A stretch of 64,000 nt of DNA, taken from an uncultured Bacilli bacterium. Its GTDB lineage: Bacteria > Bacillota_I > Bacilli_A > RF39 > UBA660. The notes below the pieces were generated by a model. That model searched no databases. It worked only from the letters and a program-made list of their open reading frames with translations, and was not told the origin of the DNA. Position 1 is the first letter of the stretch. Each line of letters opens with the position of its first letter. Shown here in pieces: positions 50,121 to 62,947 of the stretch. A program made the position numbers and the translations under genes. The stretch covers positions 223 to 64,222 of the forward strand of contig CANRLP010000001.1 of the NCBI GenBank assembly GCA_947631515.1, read 5' to 3'.

Positions 50121-50739
50121 AAAATTAATGCAAGAAAAAAATTTAGTAATTCCATCTTACATTTTTTCTATAGTTAATCAACTGCATTTAACAACCAATG
50201 AATTTTTGTTATTAATATATTTTTGGAATAATCCTGATACGTCTTTTGATATTTTGGAAATTTCGCGAGTTTTAAAGTTAAAAGAAGAAGAAATAATGCT
50301 CGATTTTAAGGGCTTATTGAATAAAAAAATAATTACTTTAACTGCTTTAAAGGATAGTAATGGTAAAAGAACAGAAATAGTTAATTTGGATATTTTATAT
50401 GCAATGCTTGAAGAAAATTTTAGAGTGGAAACAAAAAAAGAAGAAAATGATAATATTTATAGTATATTTGAACATGAATTTGGACGTACTTTATCTTCTA
50501 TGGAGTATGAAATTATTAAAAATTGGTTAGAGAAAGGGTTTAATGAAGAGTTAATTTTAGGAGCTTTAAAAGAGGCAGTTTATAACGGAGTGAATAATTT
50601 ACGTTATATTGAAGCAATTTTATATGAATGGAATAAGAAAGGCTATAAAACAATGAAAGAGGTAAATAGTCGAATTACTAAACCTAAAGAAGAAACGGAA
50701 AAGTTGTTTGATTATAATTGGTTAGATGATAACGAGTAG
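50110..50739 (+). CDS. dnaD: replication initiation/membrane attachment protein DnaD
   Basis: DnaD-domain C-terminus (YxxxIxxxW, RYIEAILYEW). Synteny dnaD-nth. Confidence 0.75.
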   Translation: MMSKKLMQEKNLVIPSYIFSIVNQLHLTTNEFLLLIYFWNNPDTSFDILEISRVLKLKEEEIMLDFKGLLNKKIITLTALKDSNGKRTEIVNLDILYAMLEENFRVETKKEENDNIYSIFEHEFGRTLSSMEYEIIKNWLEKGFNEELILGALKEAVYNGVNNLRYIEAILYEWNKKGYKTMKEVNSRITKPKEETEKLFDYNWLDDNE

Positions 50740-51361
50740 AAAAGTTAAGAATTATTTAAATGAATTATTTCCTGATGCTTCTTGTGAGCTTTTATATAAT
50801 AAAGATTATGAATTGTTGATTGCTACGGTTTTAAGTGCACAATGTACCGATAAAAGAGTTAATATGGTTACTAAAGAATTGTTTCAAAAATATGATATTT
50901 TTTCTTTAGCTCAAGCTGATTTGAATGATATCGAAAGAATTATAAGACCAGTAGGTACTTATACGAGAAAAGCTTTGTACATTAAAAGTATAGCTAAAGA
51001 TTTGGTTTTAAATTATAACGGAACTGTTCCCAATAATCGAGCTTATTTGGAAAGTTTACCAGGTGTGGGACGAAAAACTTGTAATGTAGTTTTAGCTAAT
51101 ATTTATAATGTTCCGGCGATAGCTGTTGATACTCATGTTTTACGAGTTTCTAAAAGGTTAGGACTTGCTGATTTAGAAGATAGTGTTTTGGCTGTCGAAA
51201 AAAAATTGATGGCGTTTTTTCCTAAAAAAGATTGGAGTAGATTACATCATCAATTAGTATTATTTGGCCGGTACAAGTGCAAAAGTATTGCACCGATTTG
51301 TCAAGATTGTCATTTCCAAAATTATTGTCAATATTATAATAAGAAAAAAAGTACTAAATAA
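50726..51361 (+). CDS. nth: endonuclease III
   Basis: HhH-GPD, catalytic LPGVGRKT, C-terminal 4Fe-4S Cx6Cx2Cx5C. Confidence 0.92.
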   Translation: MITSRKVKNYLNELFPDASCELLYNKDYELLIATVLSAQCTDKRVNMVTKELFQKYDIFSLAQADLNDIERIIRPVGTYTRKALYIKSIAKDLVLNYNGTVPNNRAYLESLPGVGRKTCNVVLANIYNVPAIAVDTHVLRVSKRLGLADLEDSVLAVEKKLMAFFPKKDWSRLHHQLVLFGRYKCKSIAPICQDCHFQNYCQYYNKKKSTK

Positions 51362-51377
51362 ATATTTAGCACTTTTT

Positions 51378-54062
<2,685 letters not shown>

Positions 54063-54063
54063 A

Positions 54064-54627
54064 TTATTCCTCCTTAAAGTATATTTCATCCACAACTTTT
54101 AAATAATCGAGAGGTGGACGATAACCATATTTAATCAAATATCCCGTATTTTGAATAAATGAATAAGGGATGCTTTTACGATTGTTATTATCTATAAATT
54201 CAATAAAATCAAAACCTTTTAATAAATATACTAAATCATTAATTTTTATAATTAAAAATACAATTCCTTGATGTCTTAATATATTTCTAATATGATTTAT
54301 TTGATGATGATGGATATTGGCTAGAGGAAAAGATGTTTTATTTTGGGTAACTTTAGCTTCAAATTCAATATATTTGCCCCGATAAAGGCCATTATAGTCG
54401 AGGGTTGATTGTTCTTTAAAGTAACCTTTTTCAATTACTTTTCCGTGTAAATTATATGAAACATTAGCAACTCCGATGGGAGTAGGTTTTTTATAAATAT
54501 AAGCTTTATCAATTTCAATATAGTATTCGTTACTTAAATTTAACTCTTCTTCTAAATCCATTCCACGGTTTTTATAGGAAATAGGGGTTTGGTGCACGTC
54601 TTTTTTTATGTTATTTGGATAATTCAT
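54064..54627 (-). CDS. recU: Holliday junction resolvase RecU
   Basis: RecU family length and motifs. recU-ponA operon as in Bacillus. Confidence 0.85.
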   Translation of the reverse strand: MNYPNNIKKDVHQTPISYKNRGMDLEEELNLSNEYYIEIDKAYIYKKPTPIGVANVSYNLHGKVIEKGYFKEQSTLDYNGLYRGKYIEFEAKVTQNKTSFPLANIHHHQINHIRNILRHQGIVFLIIKINDLVYLLKGFDFIEFIDNNNRKSIPYSFIQNTGYLIKYGYRPPLDYLKVVDEIYFKEE

Positions 54628-54968
54628 AAAACCACCTATTAAAATTATACTATATTTTCTTTGATTTTACTATAATTAAGGAAAGAGATTGACAAAAATC
54701 TTTTTGCTATCTTTTGTCGAATTTATTTCAATTATTTTACAATTTAGTAAGATGGTTATTAGAAGGTGAATGTATGTTTAGAATGGAAGTTTTTTTGAAT
54801 GATATGATTGAAAAAATTAATGAGGCCGAATTATTAATAGATAGTAAAAAAATAAAAGTTCAGGAAAAATAAATTTTTATAAAGCATATAATATAAGTAA
54901 TAGTATACTCCATAACTTGACAATTTTACTACTTATTTATTATAATTAGGACGTAAGAAGGTGGTAGA

Positions 54969-55301
54969 ATGTATAGTGAAAAAGTTACTTTAACCAAAGA
55001 AGATATCTTGAATAAAGATTTTAAGGTTGATGCAAGAGGATATCGTCCTCAAGAAGTAGATGATTTTTTAGATACAATTATTGATGATTATACAGCTTAT
55101 ACTACCATTATTAGAAGACAGGAAAATGAAATCCGGGCTTTAACAGAAGATAATATTAAATTAAAACAAGAATATCATAAACTTCGGAGTCGTTTAGAAG
55201 CGGCAGAAGATGCTTCTTCTAATTCAAGTCCTGTTAATAATGTTGATTTGTTAAGAAGAATTAGTCAACTTGAAAAAATTGTATTTGGAAAAAATGAATA
55301 A
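54969..55301 (+). CDS. gpsB: cell-cycle protein GpsB (DivIVA-domain)
   Basis: LTKEDILNKDFKVDARGYRPQEVDDFLD matches the GpsB N-terminus. Followed by rnpB, as in B. subtilis. Confidence 0.88.
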   Translation: MYSEKVTLTKEDILNKDFKVDARGYRPQEVDDFLDTIIDDYTAYTTIIRRQENEIRALTEDNIKLKQEYHKLRSRLEAAEDASSNSSPVNNVDLLRRISQLEKIVFGKNE

Positions 55302-55650
55302 TTTGTAGGCAAATGCTGCATTTTTAAAAAAATGTAGAGGAAAGTCCATGCTCACACAGTCTGTGATGATTGTAGTGTTCGTGCTTAGGGAAAAAATAAC
55401 CTAAGGCAAAAAATTTTTTTGACGGCGGAAAATTTACCTTAAATGGTAATAGTATCCATAAAGTGCCAAAGAGACGAGCTTGCTTGGAAACGAGCAAGGA
55501 TGGAACGTGGTAAACCCCGCGAGTGAGAAACCCAAAATTTGGTAGGGGAGTTTTTGCTGATAAGAAGAATGAAGCAAAAAAGAGTAATCTAGATAAATAT
55601 TTGCCACACGAATTTTTCGTGTACAGAACATGGCTTATTCAGGTTATTTA
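55300..55650 (+). ncRNA. rnpB: RNase P RNA, type B
   Basis: GAGGAAAGTCCATGCTCACAC...GTGTTCGTGC and AGTGCCA..GACGA....GGAACG.GGTAAACCCC.CGAG.GAGAAACCCAAA.TTGGTAGGGGA plus ACAGAACATGGCTTA match the B. subtilis M1 RNA. T-run at 55650-55659. Confidence 0.88.
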
Positions 55651-55683
55651 TTTTTTTTATTTACAAAAAAGGAGTGAAAAATC

Positions 55684-56154
55684 TTGAACGAAATTGGTGA
55701 ACTCTTTCGAGTGACCAGGGAGGATGCTGGAGTATCAATTAATGAAGCCAGCAAAGATTTGGATATAAAAGAGGTTATTTTAGAAAATATCGAGGAAGGT
55801 AACATAGGGTGCTTTAAAGATATTTTTATATTAAAAGATTATATTTATGATTATGCTAAATATTTGGGAATAAATCCTGATAAAATTATTGATGACTTTA
55901 ATGAGTATATGTTTGAATATACTTCTAAAATACCAGTCAAAGAAATTGAACGTCAAATAGAAGAACAAGAAGCTAGACAAGAAAAAAAAGAAATATCTTC
56001 TCCATATACAGTTCAATCTAAAAAGAAAAATCGCAATTTTTATATTATTCTTTATTCTGTAATTATTTTTCTTTTAGTTTTAGTTGTTTTTTGGAGTGTT
56101 AAACAAATAACAGTTAATCAAGCGACAACTTCAGTAATTAGTTATGTAAAATAG
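55684..56154 (+). CDS. rodZ: RodZ-like XRE-HTH membrane protein (YmfM-like)
   Basis: N-terminal HTH, single TM near the C-terminus. Position before pgsA. TTG start with GGAG RBS. Confidence 0.6.
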   Translation: MNEIGELFRVTREDAGVSINEASKDLDIKEVILENIEEGNIGCFKDIFILKDYIYDYAKYLGINPDKIIDDFNEYMFEYTSKIPVKEIERQIEEQEARQEKKEISSPYTVQSKKKNRNFYIILYSVIIFLLVLVVFWSVKQITVNQATTSVISYVK

Positions 56155-56165
56155 GAGTGATACTA

Positions 56166-56759
56166 ATGAATTTACCTAATAAAATAACCATATCAAGAAT
56201 AATTTTATCGATTATAACTTTAATACTTTTAGTTATTCCGTGGTATCAATTTGGTATACCAACAAAAACTTTTGTTATTGCCGGAAAAATTGTTGTGAAT
56301 GTTAAATATTTAATTGCCGGTTTTTTCTTTATAATTGCTTCTGTAACTGATTTTTTAGATGGTTACTTAGCAAGAAGTCGTAATATGGTAACCGATTTTG
56401 GAAAAGTTATGGATGCGATTGCTGATAAGATTTTGGTTAATGGAGTTTTAATTATTTTGGCTTGCCAAGGCTTTATTAGTGTGTTAGTACCTCTTATTAT
56501 TATTACGCGAGATACATTTGTGGATTCAATTAAAATGGCTAGTGGTAATAAGGGTAAAGTAGTAGCAGCAAGTTATTTAGGCAAAGCAAAAACTATGTGT
56601 ATGATGATCGGTGTTTCTTTGATGTTATTTTATAATTTACCATTTGAACTTATTGGAATACCTGTAGCTGATATTTTAATTATTGTAGCTTGTATATTAT
56701 CTGTTGTATCAGGATGTCAATATTATTATAATGCTAAGGATTTAATTTTTTCCAAATAG
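56166..56759 (+). CDS. pgsA: CDP-diacylglycerol--glycerol-3-phosphate 3-phosphatidyltransferase
   Basis: MNLPNKITISRI, DFLDGYLARSRN CDP-alcohol phosphatidyltransferase motif. Confidence 0.92.
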   Translation: MNLPNKITISRIILSIITLILLVIPWYQFGIPTKTFVIAGKIVVNVKYLIAGFFFIIASVTDFLDGYLARSRNMVTDFGKVMDAIADKILVNGVLIILACQGFISVLVPLIIITRDTFVDSIKMASGNKGKVVAASYLGKAKTMCMMIGVSLMLFYNLPFELIGIPVADILIIVACILSVVSGCQYYYNAKDLIFSK

Positions 56760-56854
56760 ACAAAATTTGAAAATTATTAAGAAAAAGTAAACAAAAAAAG
56801 AAAATTTATAGTTTACTTTTTATTTTTTTGGAAAAAAATAGATTCAAATTTTAA

Positions 56855-56868
56855 CAAACATATGTTTG
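56855..56868. promoter_or_regulatory. candidate LexA (Cheo/SOS-box-like) operator CAAACATATGTTTG upstream of recA
   Basis: Perfect 14-nt palindrome of form AAAC-N4-GTTT (Bacillus consensus GAAC-N4-GTTC). Lies 10 nt upstream of the TTGACA -35 at 56878-56883. Confidence 0.4.
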
Positions 56869-56933
56869 ATAAAAGTGTTGACAAACAATTTTTAATATAA
56901 TAAAATGAAGATGTACTGAAAGCGAGGATAAAC

Positions 56934-57986
56934 ATGAAATTATCAAAAGATACTAAAGACAAAGATAAAGATAAAGCGTTAGAGCAAGTGCTTGCCGATA
57001 TTGAAAAACAATTCGGTAAAGGTGCAATTATGAAACTTGGAGAAGAAGAACACATGGAGATCGATGTTACTAGTAGTGGTTCTTTAACTCTAGATGTAGC
57101 TTTAGGAGTAGGTGGTTACCCTAAAGGTCGAATTATTGAAATATATGGTCCTGAATCTTCAGGAAAAACGACATTTGCCTTACATGCTATTGCAGAAGTG
57201 CAAAAAGAAGGCGGACGGGCAGCATTTATAGATGCCGAACATGCTTTTGACCCTGTATATGCTAAAAATTTGGGGGTTAATATTAATGAATTATTATTTT
57301 CTCAACCAGATACCGGAGAACAAGCTTTAGAAATATGCGAAGCCCTAGTTAGAAGTGAAGCAGTTAATATTGTAGTAATCGATTCTGTTGCGGCCTTAGT
57401 TCCTCAAGCGGAAATTGATGGAGAAATGGGAGATTCTCATGTTGGTTTACAAGCCAGATTGATGAGTCAAGCCTTGCGTAAGTTATCAGGAACAATTAAC
57501 AAAACAAAAACTACAGCAATATTTATTAATCAATTAAGAGAAAAAGTTGGTGTAATGTTTGGTAATCCTGAAACCACACCAGGAGGTCGGGCTTTAAAAT
57601 TTTATTCTACAATTCGGTTAGATATCCGTCGGGCTGAACAAATTAAACAAGGAGATCAAGTAATTGGAAATCGGACCAATATCAAAGTTGTTAAAAATAA
57701 AGTCGCTCCACCATTTAAATCAGCTACAGTTGATATTATGTATGGAGAAGGTATTAGCCATGAAGGTGAAATAATTGATATTGCTAGTGAGTTAAATATT
57801 ATGGAAAAAAGTGGAGCATGGTATTCCTATAATGGCGAAAAAATTGGCCAAGGTAAAGAAAATACTAAAATATTTTTAAAAGAAAATCCACTAATTCGGG
57901 ATGAAATTGAACAAAAAGTACGTGAACATTATGGTTTTAACTCTAATAAAAGTCAAACAACAGTTAAGGAAGAAGAAAAAGAATAA
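56934..57986 (+). CDS. recA: recombinase RecA
   Basis: GPESSGKTT Walker A, L1/L2 loops, [16 protein letters not shown]-terminus. Confidence 0.97.
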   Translation: MKLSKDTKDKDKDKALEQVLADIEKQFGKGAIMKLGEEEHMEIDVTSSGSLTLDVALGVGGYPKGRIIEIYGPESSGKTTFALHAIAEVQKEGGRAAFIDAEHAFDPVYAKNLGVNINELLFSQPDTGEQALEICEALVRSEAVNIVVIDSVAALVPQAEIDGEMGDSHVGLQARLMSQALRKLSGTINKTKTTAIFINQLREKVGVMFGNPETTPGGRALKFYSTIRLDIRRAEQIKQGDQVIGNRTNIKVVKNKVAPPFKSATVDIMYGEGISHEGEIIDIASELNIMEKSGAWYSYNGEKIGQGKENTKIFLKENPLIRDEIEQKVREHYGFNSNKSQTTVKEEEKE

Positions 57987-58109
57987 TTTTTCTTTTTTTT
58001 GATACAAAAAATATTATTGATAAATTTTTGATAAAACTTTATAATTAATATAAGATAGATTTGTGTAATATGAATTTGTTGATATATAGAAAAATAATGG
58101 AGGGATAAA

Positions 58110-59666
58110 ATGAGTTTAAACTTAATGTCCATTATTTTAACTTTAATTATAGGTGCTTTTATTGGAGCAATAATTGTTTTGTTGATAGAATATATTAAAG
58201 GAAATAACGCTGAAAAAAAAGCCGAAAAATTATTATTAGATGCTAAAAAAGATGCTGATAAATATAAAAGAGATTCTTTATTAGAGTTAAAAGAAGAATC
58301 TTACAAATTAAAACAAGATGCTGATCAAGAAATAAAACAAAAAAAAGAAGAATTAAAAGATTCGGAATCTCGAATTAATCAAAGAGAAATGAACTTAGAT
58401 AAACGGGAAGAAATGTTACAAAAAAGAGATTCATTACTTGATGAAAGAGATAATAATTTATTAACAAAGCAAAAAGAACTATCTGAAAAAGAAGTTAAAA
58501 TGGACGAAATGTTAAAAAAAGAGATGCAACAATTAGAAGAAATTGCTAAGTTTTCTCGCGATAAAGCGCATGATATGATAATGAAACGTGTTGAAAATGA
58601 AATGGCTTTAGAAGTGGCCAGCTATATTAAAGAACGAGAAAGAGAAGCCAAGTTAGTAGCAAATGAAAATGCTAAAGATTTAATTGTTACTAGTATGCAA
58701 CGTTATTCGGAAGATGTTGCAAGTGAACAAACTGTAAGTACAATTACTCTACCTAGTGATGAAATGAAAGGCCGTTTAATTGGTAGAGAAGGAAGAAATA
58801 TTAGAACTATTGAATCTGTTACAGGAGTTGATTTAATTATTGATGATACTCCGGAAGCTATTGTAATTTCTAGTTTTGATCCTTATCGAAGAGAGATTGC
58901 TAAAAATACTATTGAAACTTTAATAAAAGATGGGCGAATTCATCCATCAAGAATTGAAGAAGTTTATGATAAAGTTTCTAAGGATATCAATGAAAAAATA
59001 ACGGAAATGGGAACAGATACTTTATTTAATTTAGGTATTACAAATGTTGATCCAGAATTAGTTCATTTAATCGGTAAATTGCATTTTAGAACGAGCTATG
59101 GTCAAAATGCTTTACAACATTCTATTGAAGTAGCTAATTTAACCGGTCTTATGGCTTCTGAACTAGGAGAAAATGTAATGCTAGCTAAAAGAGCAGGTTT
59201 ATTGCATGATATTGGTAAAGCTATAGATTTTGAAATCGAAGGCTCTCATGTCGAAATAGGAGTTGAGATTGCTAAAAAATATCATGAAGATGAAGTAGTT
59301 ATTAATGCTATAGCATCTCATCATGGTGATGAAAAACAAGGTACGGTAATTGCTACTTTGGTCCAAATCGCTGATACTTTATCAGCTGCCAGACCAGGCG
59401 CTAGAAATGATTCTTTAGAAAATTATATTAAACGTTTAGAACAATTAGAAGAAATTGGAAATTCTTTTGAAGGCGTTGAAAAAACGTTTGCAATGCAAGC
59501 GGGAAGAGAAGTAAGAGTTATGGTAAAACCAGATGAAGTAGATGATTCAAAAAGTTATAAAATAGCTCGAGACATAAAAGAAAAAATTGAATCAGAAATG
59601 CAATATCCAGGAACAATTAAAATTACAGTTATAAGAGAAACTAGAGCTCAAGAGGAAGCAAAATAG
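58110..59666 (+). CDS. rny: ribonuclease Y
   Basis: N-terminal TM, coiled coil, KH, HD domain (HHGD). Confidence 0.95.
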   Translation: MSLNLMSIILTLIIGAFIGAIIVLLIEYIKGNNAEKKAEKLLLDAKKDADKYKRDSLLELKEESYKLKQDADQEIKQKKEELKDSESRINQREMNLDKREEMLQKRDSLLDERDNNLLTKQKELSEKEVKMDEMLKKEMQQLEEIAKFSRDKAHDMIMKRVENEMALEVASYIKEREREAKLVANENAKDLIVTSMQRYSEDVASEQTVSTITLPSDEMKGRLIGREGRNIRTIESVTGVDLIIDDTPEAIVISSFDPYRREIAKNTIETLIKDGRIHPSRIEEVYDKVSKDINEKITEMGTDTLFNLGITNVDPELVHLIGKLHFRTSYGQNALQHSIEVANLTGLMASELGENVMLAKRAGLLHDIGKAIDFEIEGSHVEIGVEIAKKYHEDEVVINAIASHHGDEKQGTVIATLVQIADTLSAARPGARNDSLENYIKRLEQLEEIGNSFEGVEKTFAMQAGREVRVMVKPDEVDDSKSYKIARDIKEKIESEMQYPGTIKITVIRETRAQEEAK

Positions 59667-59674
59667 TTTCTTTT

Positions 59675-59712
59675 TTTATACTAAAATAAAAAATCCAATC
59701 AAATTAAAGATT
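59675..59712. terminator. bidirectional terminator between rny and rnjA (convergent)
   Basis: CCAATC-aaattaaa-GATTG hairpin flanked by A and T runs. Confidence 0.4.
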
Positions 59713-59719
59713 GAATTTT

Positions 59720-61396
59720 TTAATCATTTTTTTTAACTTCCATAATTACTGGTAAAACAATTGGATGCCGACCAGTTAGTTCACTTATATATGGGTGAAG
59801 TTCTAAAATAATTTGATTTTTTAAATCAGTATAATTATAGTTATTATTTTCTAAAGTATTATTAACAATATAAGTTATTTTTCTTTCAATTTTATTAATT
59901 AATTCACCATTTTCATTAACCATTACAAATCCTCTAGTAGTTACATTTGGTTTGATAAGTAATTTTTTAGTAAAAGGGTTAATATTTAAAATAACTAATA
60001 AAATACCATCATTACTCATTAATTTGCGATCTTTAATAACTACTGAACCAATATCACCGATTCGTGAACCATCAACATATACATCACCAGCTTGAACGCT
60101 TGGCCCCATATGAGCACCATTTTTATCTAAAATAACTGAATCGCCATTTTTGCAAATAAATATATTTTCTTTAGGTATTCCACACATAACTCCTAATTCA
60201 GCATGTTTTTTAAGCATCCGATATTCACCATGACAAGGCATAAAATATTCCGGATTAATTAAACGCAACATTAATTTTTGTTCTTCTTGTTTACCATGTC
60301 CAGAGGCATGAATATCACTAAATTCACTATTGGTAAAAACATGAACGCCTTTTAAATATAATTTATTAATTACCCGATTAACACTACTAGCATTTCCCGG
60401 AATAGGGTTTGAAGAAAATACTACTAAATCATCTGGCATTAAGGTAATTTGTTTATGAACACCATTAGCTATACGAGAAAGTGCTGCTAAAGGTTCACCT
60501 TGACTACCTGTACATAAAATACATACTTCATTTTTCTTTAAAGTTTTAGCTTTATTATAATCAATTATTATTGTTTTATCTTCTAAAAGACCATTATTCA
60601 TAGCTAGTTCAATAGTAGTTTCCATGGAACGACCAAAAACAACAATTTTACGATTATGTTTTCGACAAGTTTCTACGATATGTTTAATCCGATAAATATT
60701 TGAAGCAAAAGTAGCAATAATTATCCGAGCTGGATGTTTACTAACAATACTTTCTAAAGCTTCATCAACCATACTTTCACTAGTAGAAAAACCAGGAGAT
60801 AAAGCGTTGGTAGAATCACTCATTAATATTTTAACTCCCCGTTTACTAATTTCGGCCATTTTATGAAGATTAGCCATTGGACCAATTGGAGTTAAATCAA
60901 ATTTAAAATCTCCTGTTTCAAAAATAGTTCCATTAGGAGTATGAATAGCTATAGCATAAGAATCAGGAATAGAGTGCGTAGTTTTAACAAATTCAATTTC
61001 AAAATGATTGGTTTTAATTACAGTTTCTTCATTAATAATTTCAATATCTTGATATTTTATATTTTGATCAATTAATTTTTTATTTATTAAATCGGCCGCA
61101 ATTTTAGCAGCGTATATCTTAGGTATTTTGATACTTTGAAGAATGTAAGGTATACCTCCAATATGGTCTTCATGACCATGGGTAATAACTAAACCAACTA
61201 TTTTCTCTTCATTTTGTTTTAAATAAGTAATATCTTGAATAACGGCATCGACACCTAGTAAATCTTCAGTAGGGAACATTACACCAGCATCAATGATTAA
61301 AATTTCGTTTTTGTGAGTTACCACATACATATTTTTTCCGACTTCGCCTAAACCGCCTAAAGCGATAATAGACGTACTTGTATTATCTTCTTTCAT
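59720..61396 (-). CDS. rnjA: ribonuclease J (beta-CASP metallo-beta-lactamase)
   Basis: HGHEDHIGG motif, beta-CASP, 558 aa. Confidence 0.93.
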   Translation of the reverse strand: MKEDNTSTSIIALGGLGEVGKNMYVVTHKNEILIIDAGVMFPTEDLLGVDAVIQDITYLKQNEEKIVGLVITHGHEDHIGGIPYILQSIKIPKIYAAKIAADLINKKLIDQNIKYQDIEIINEETVIKTNHFEIEFVKTTHSIPDSYAIAIHTPNGTIFETGDFKFDLTPIGPMANLHKMAEISKRGVKILMSDSTNALSPGFSTSESMVDEALESIVSKHPARIIIATFASNIYRIKHIVETCRKHNRKIVVFGRSMETTIELAMNNGLLEDKTIIIDYNKAKTLKKNEVCILCTGSQGEPLAALSRIANGVHKQITLMPDDLVVFSSNPIPGNASSVNRVINKLYLKGVHVFTNSEFSDIHASGHGKQEEQKLMLRLINPEYFMPCHGEYRMLKKHAELGVMCGIPKENIFICKNGDSVILDKNGAHMGPSVQAGDVYVDGSRIGDIGSVVIKDRKLMSNDGILLVILNINPFTKKLLIKPNVTTRGFVMVNENGELINKIERKITYIVNNTLENNNYNYTDLKNQIILELHPYISELTGRHPIVLPVIMEVKKND

Positions 61397-61503
61397 CTAA
61401 ATTTTCCTTTCAAAATAAAAAAATAAAGTTTTTTCTTAACGAAGTTATTATAGCGCAAAATATTTGGATTGTCCACTATTTCATGATATACTACTATAAG
61501 TAG

Positions 61504-61941
61504 GTGAAAAAAATGATACAAAATAAAAAGGGATTTACATTAGTAGAACTTATGGCAGTAATTGTAATTTTAGCGATTATTATTACCGTTGCTTCTTCTA
61601 GTATTTTTGCCACAGTCAATAGAGCTAAAAAAGGAACAGCTGAAGAGATGCGTGGTAGTCTATCGGATATTGCAATCACCTATGTTTTGGATAATTATCA
61701 CTTAAAAAAATGCTCTGATAGTTTTTCCAAAGAAATGATTCAAGGTAAAACAACTAATTTAGCAACTAATGGTAATTGTGCTAAAAAAATTACAGTTGAT
61801 ACTTTAATAAAAGAAGGTTTATTTGAAGATAAAAAGGGATATTGTAAGAATACTGATTTTGTAATTGTCTATCGTTATTCTAATGGTGATGATAGTGAAT
61901 ATAAAGCTTATGCATCTGATACTGTGTGTACTAATTTTTAA
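61504..61941 (+). CDS. type IV prepilin / competence pseudopilin (ComGC-like), stand-alone
   Basis: Class III signal KKG|FTLVELMAVIVILAIIITVA, followed by a Cys-containing C-terminal globular domain. Confidence 0.75.
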   Translation: MKKMIQNKKGFTLVELMAVIVILAIIITVASSSIFATVNRAKKGTAEEMRGSLSDIAITYVLDNYHLKKCSDSFSKEMIQGKTTNLATNGNCAKKITVDTLIKEGLFEDKKGYCKNTDFVIVYRYSNGDDSEYKAYASDTVCTNF

Positions 61942-61959
61942 AAATTAAGGAGGATTTAT

Positions 61960-62946
61960 ATGGTAATCTTTGATAAATTAAAAAAAATAGTAAATAAAAA
62001 AAATGAAAACGAAGATTTAGCAAAAACAGAAGAGATTTATGACAAAGGTCTTTCCAAAACTCGAGAAGAATTTGTTTCTAAATTAAGTTTATTAGGAATT
62101 AAATATACTAAAATCAGTGAAGAATATTTTGAAGAATTGGAAGATTTATTAATTTCGGCTGATATTGGTGTCAATACAGTATTTTCATTTATGGAACGTT
62201 TAAGAAAAAGAGTTAGTACAGAAAAAATTCAAGATACTAAAATGTTAAATGAAATTATTGTCGATGAATTATTTATTATTTATGTTAATAATGAATCTTT
62301 AACGACAAAGATTAATATGAATGAAAATGGCCCAACAGTCATTTTGATGGTAGGGGTAAATGGAGTTGGTAAAACAACAACAATTGGTAAATTAGCTCAT
62401 AAATATCAACAAATGAATAAAAAAGTAATGATGATTGCTGGTGATACTTTTAGAGCAGGGGCTTTAGAGCAATTAAAGATTTGGGCTGATAAAACTAATT
62501 CGTTATTTTATGGCAAAGAAAATATTGATCCTGCAGGAGTAATTTTTGATGGACTTGAATCAGCCCTTAATGAGAAAGCTGACATCATTTTAATAGATAC
62601 TGCCGGCCGATTACAAAATAAAGTTAATTTAATGAAAGAATTAGAAAAAATAAATAAAGTTATTGATCGAGTTATTCCCGGAGCACCTCATGAAACTCTT
62701 TTAGTAATTGATGCTTCAACTGGTCAAAATGGAATAATGCAAGCTGTATCGTTTAAAGAAATTACTAATATTACCGGAATAGTATTAACTAAGTTAGATG
62801 GAACTGCTAAAGGTGGTATAGTTTTAGCTATAAAAGAAGAAGTTGATATTCCTGTTAAATTTATTGGTTTAGGAGAAAAAATGGAAGATTTACAAACTTT
62901 TGATATTGAAGAATATATTTATGGTTTATTTAAGGACTTGATGTAA
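61960..62946 (+). CDS. ftsY: signal recognition particle receptor FtsY
   Basis: SRP GTPase GVNGVGKTTT, DTAGR. Confidence 0.95.
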   Translation: MVIFDKLKKIVNKKNENEDLAKTEEIYDKGLSKTREEFVSKLSLLGIKYTKISEEYFEELEDLLISADIGVNTVFSFMERLRKRVSTEKIQDTKMLNEIIVDELFIIYVNNESLTTKINMNENGPTVILMVGVNGVGKTTTIGKLAHKYQQMNKKVMMIAGDTFRAGALEQLKIWADKTNSLFYGKENIDPAGVIFDGLESALNEKADIILIDTAGRLQNKVNLMKELEKINKVIDRVIPGAPHETLLVIDASTGQNGIMQAVSFKEITNITGIVLTKLDGTAKGGIVLAIKEEVDIPVKFIGLGEKMEDLQTFDIEEYIYGLFKDLM

Positions 62947-62947
62947 A

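Noticed and set aside
55434-55631. 65-aa minus-strand ORF
   Set aside because: It lies entirely within RNase P RNA (rnpB).
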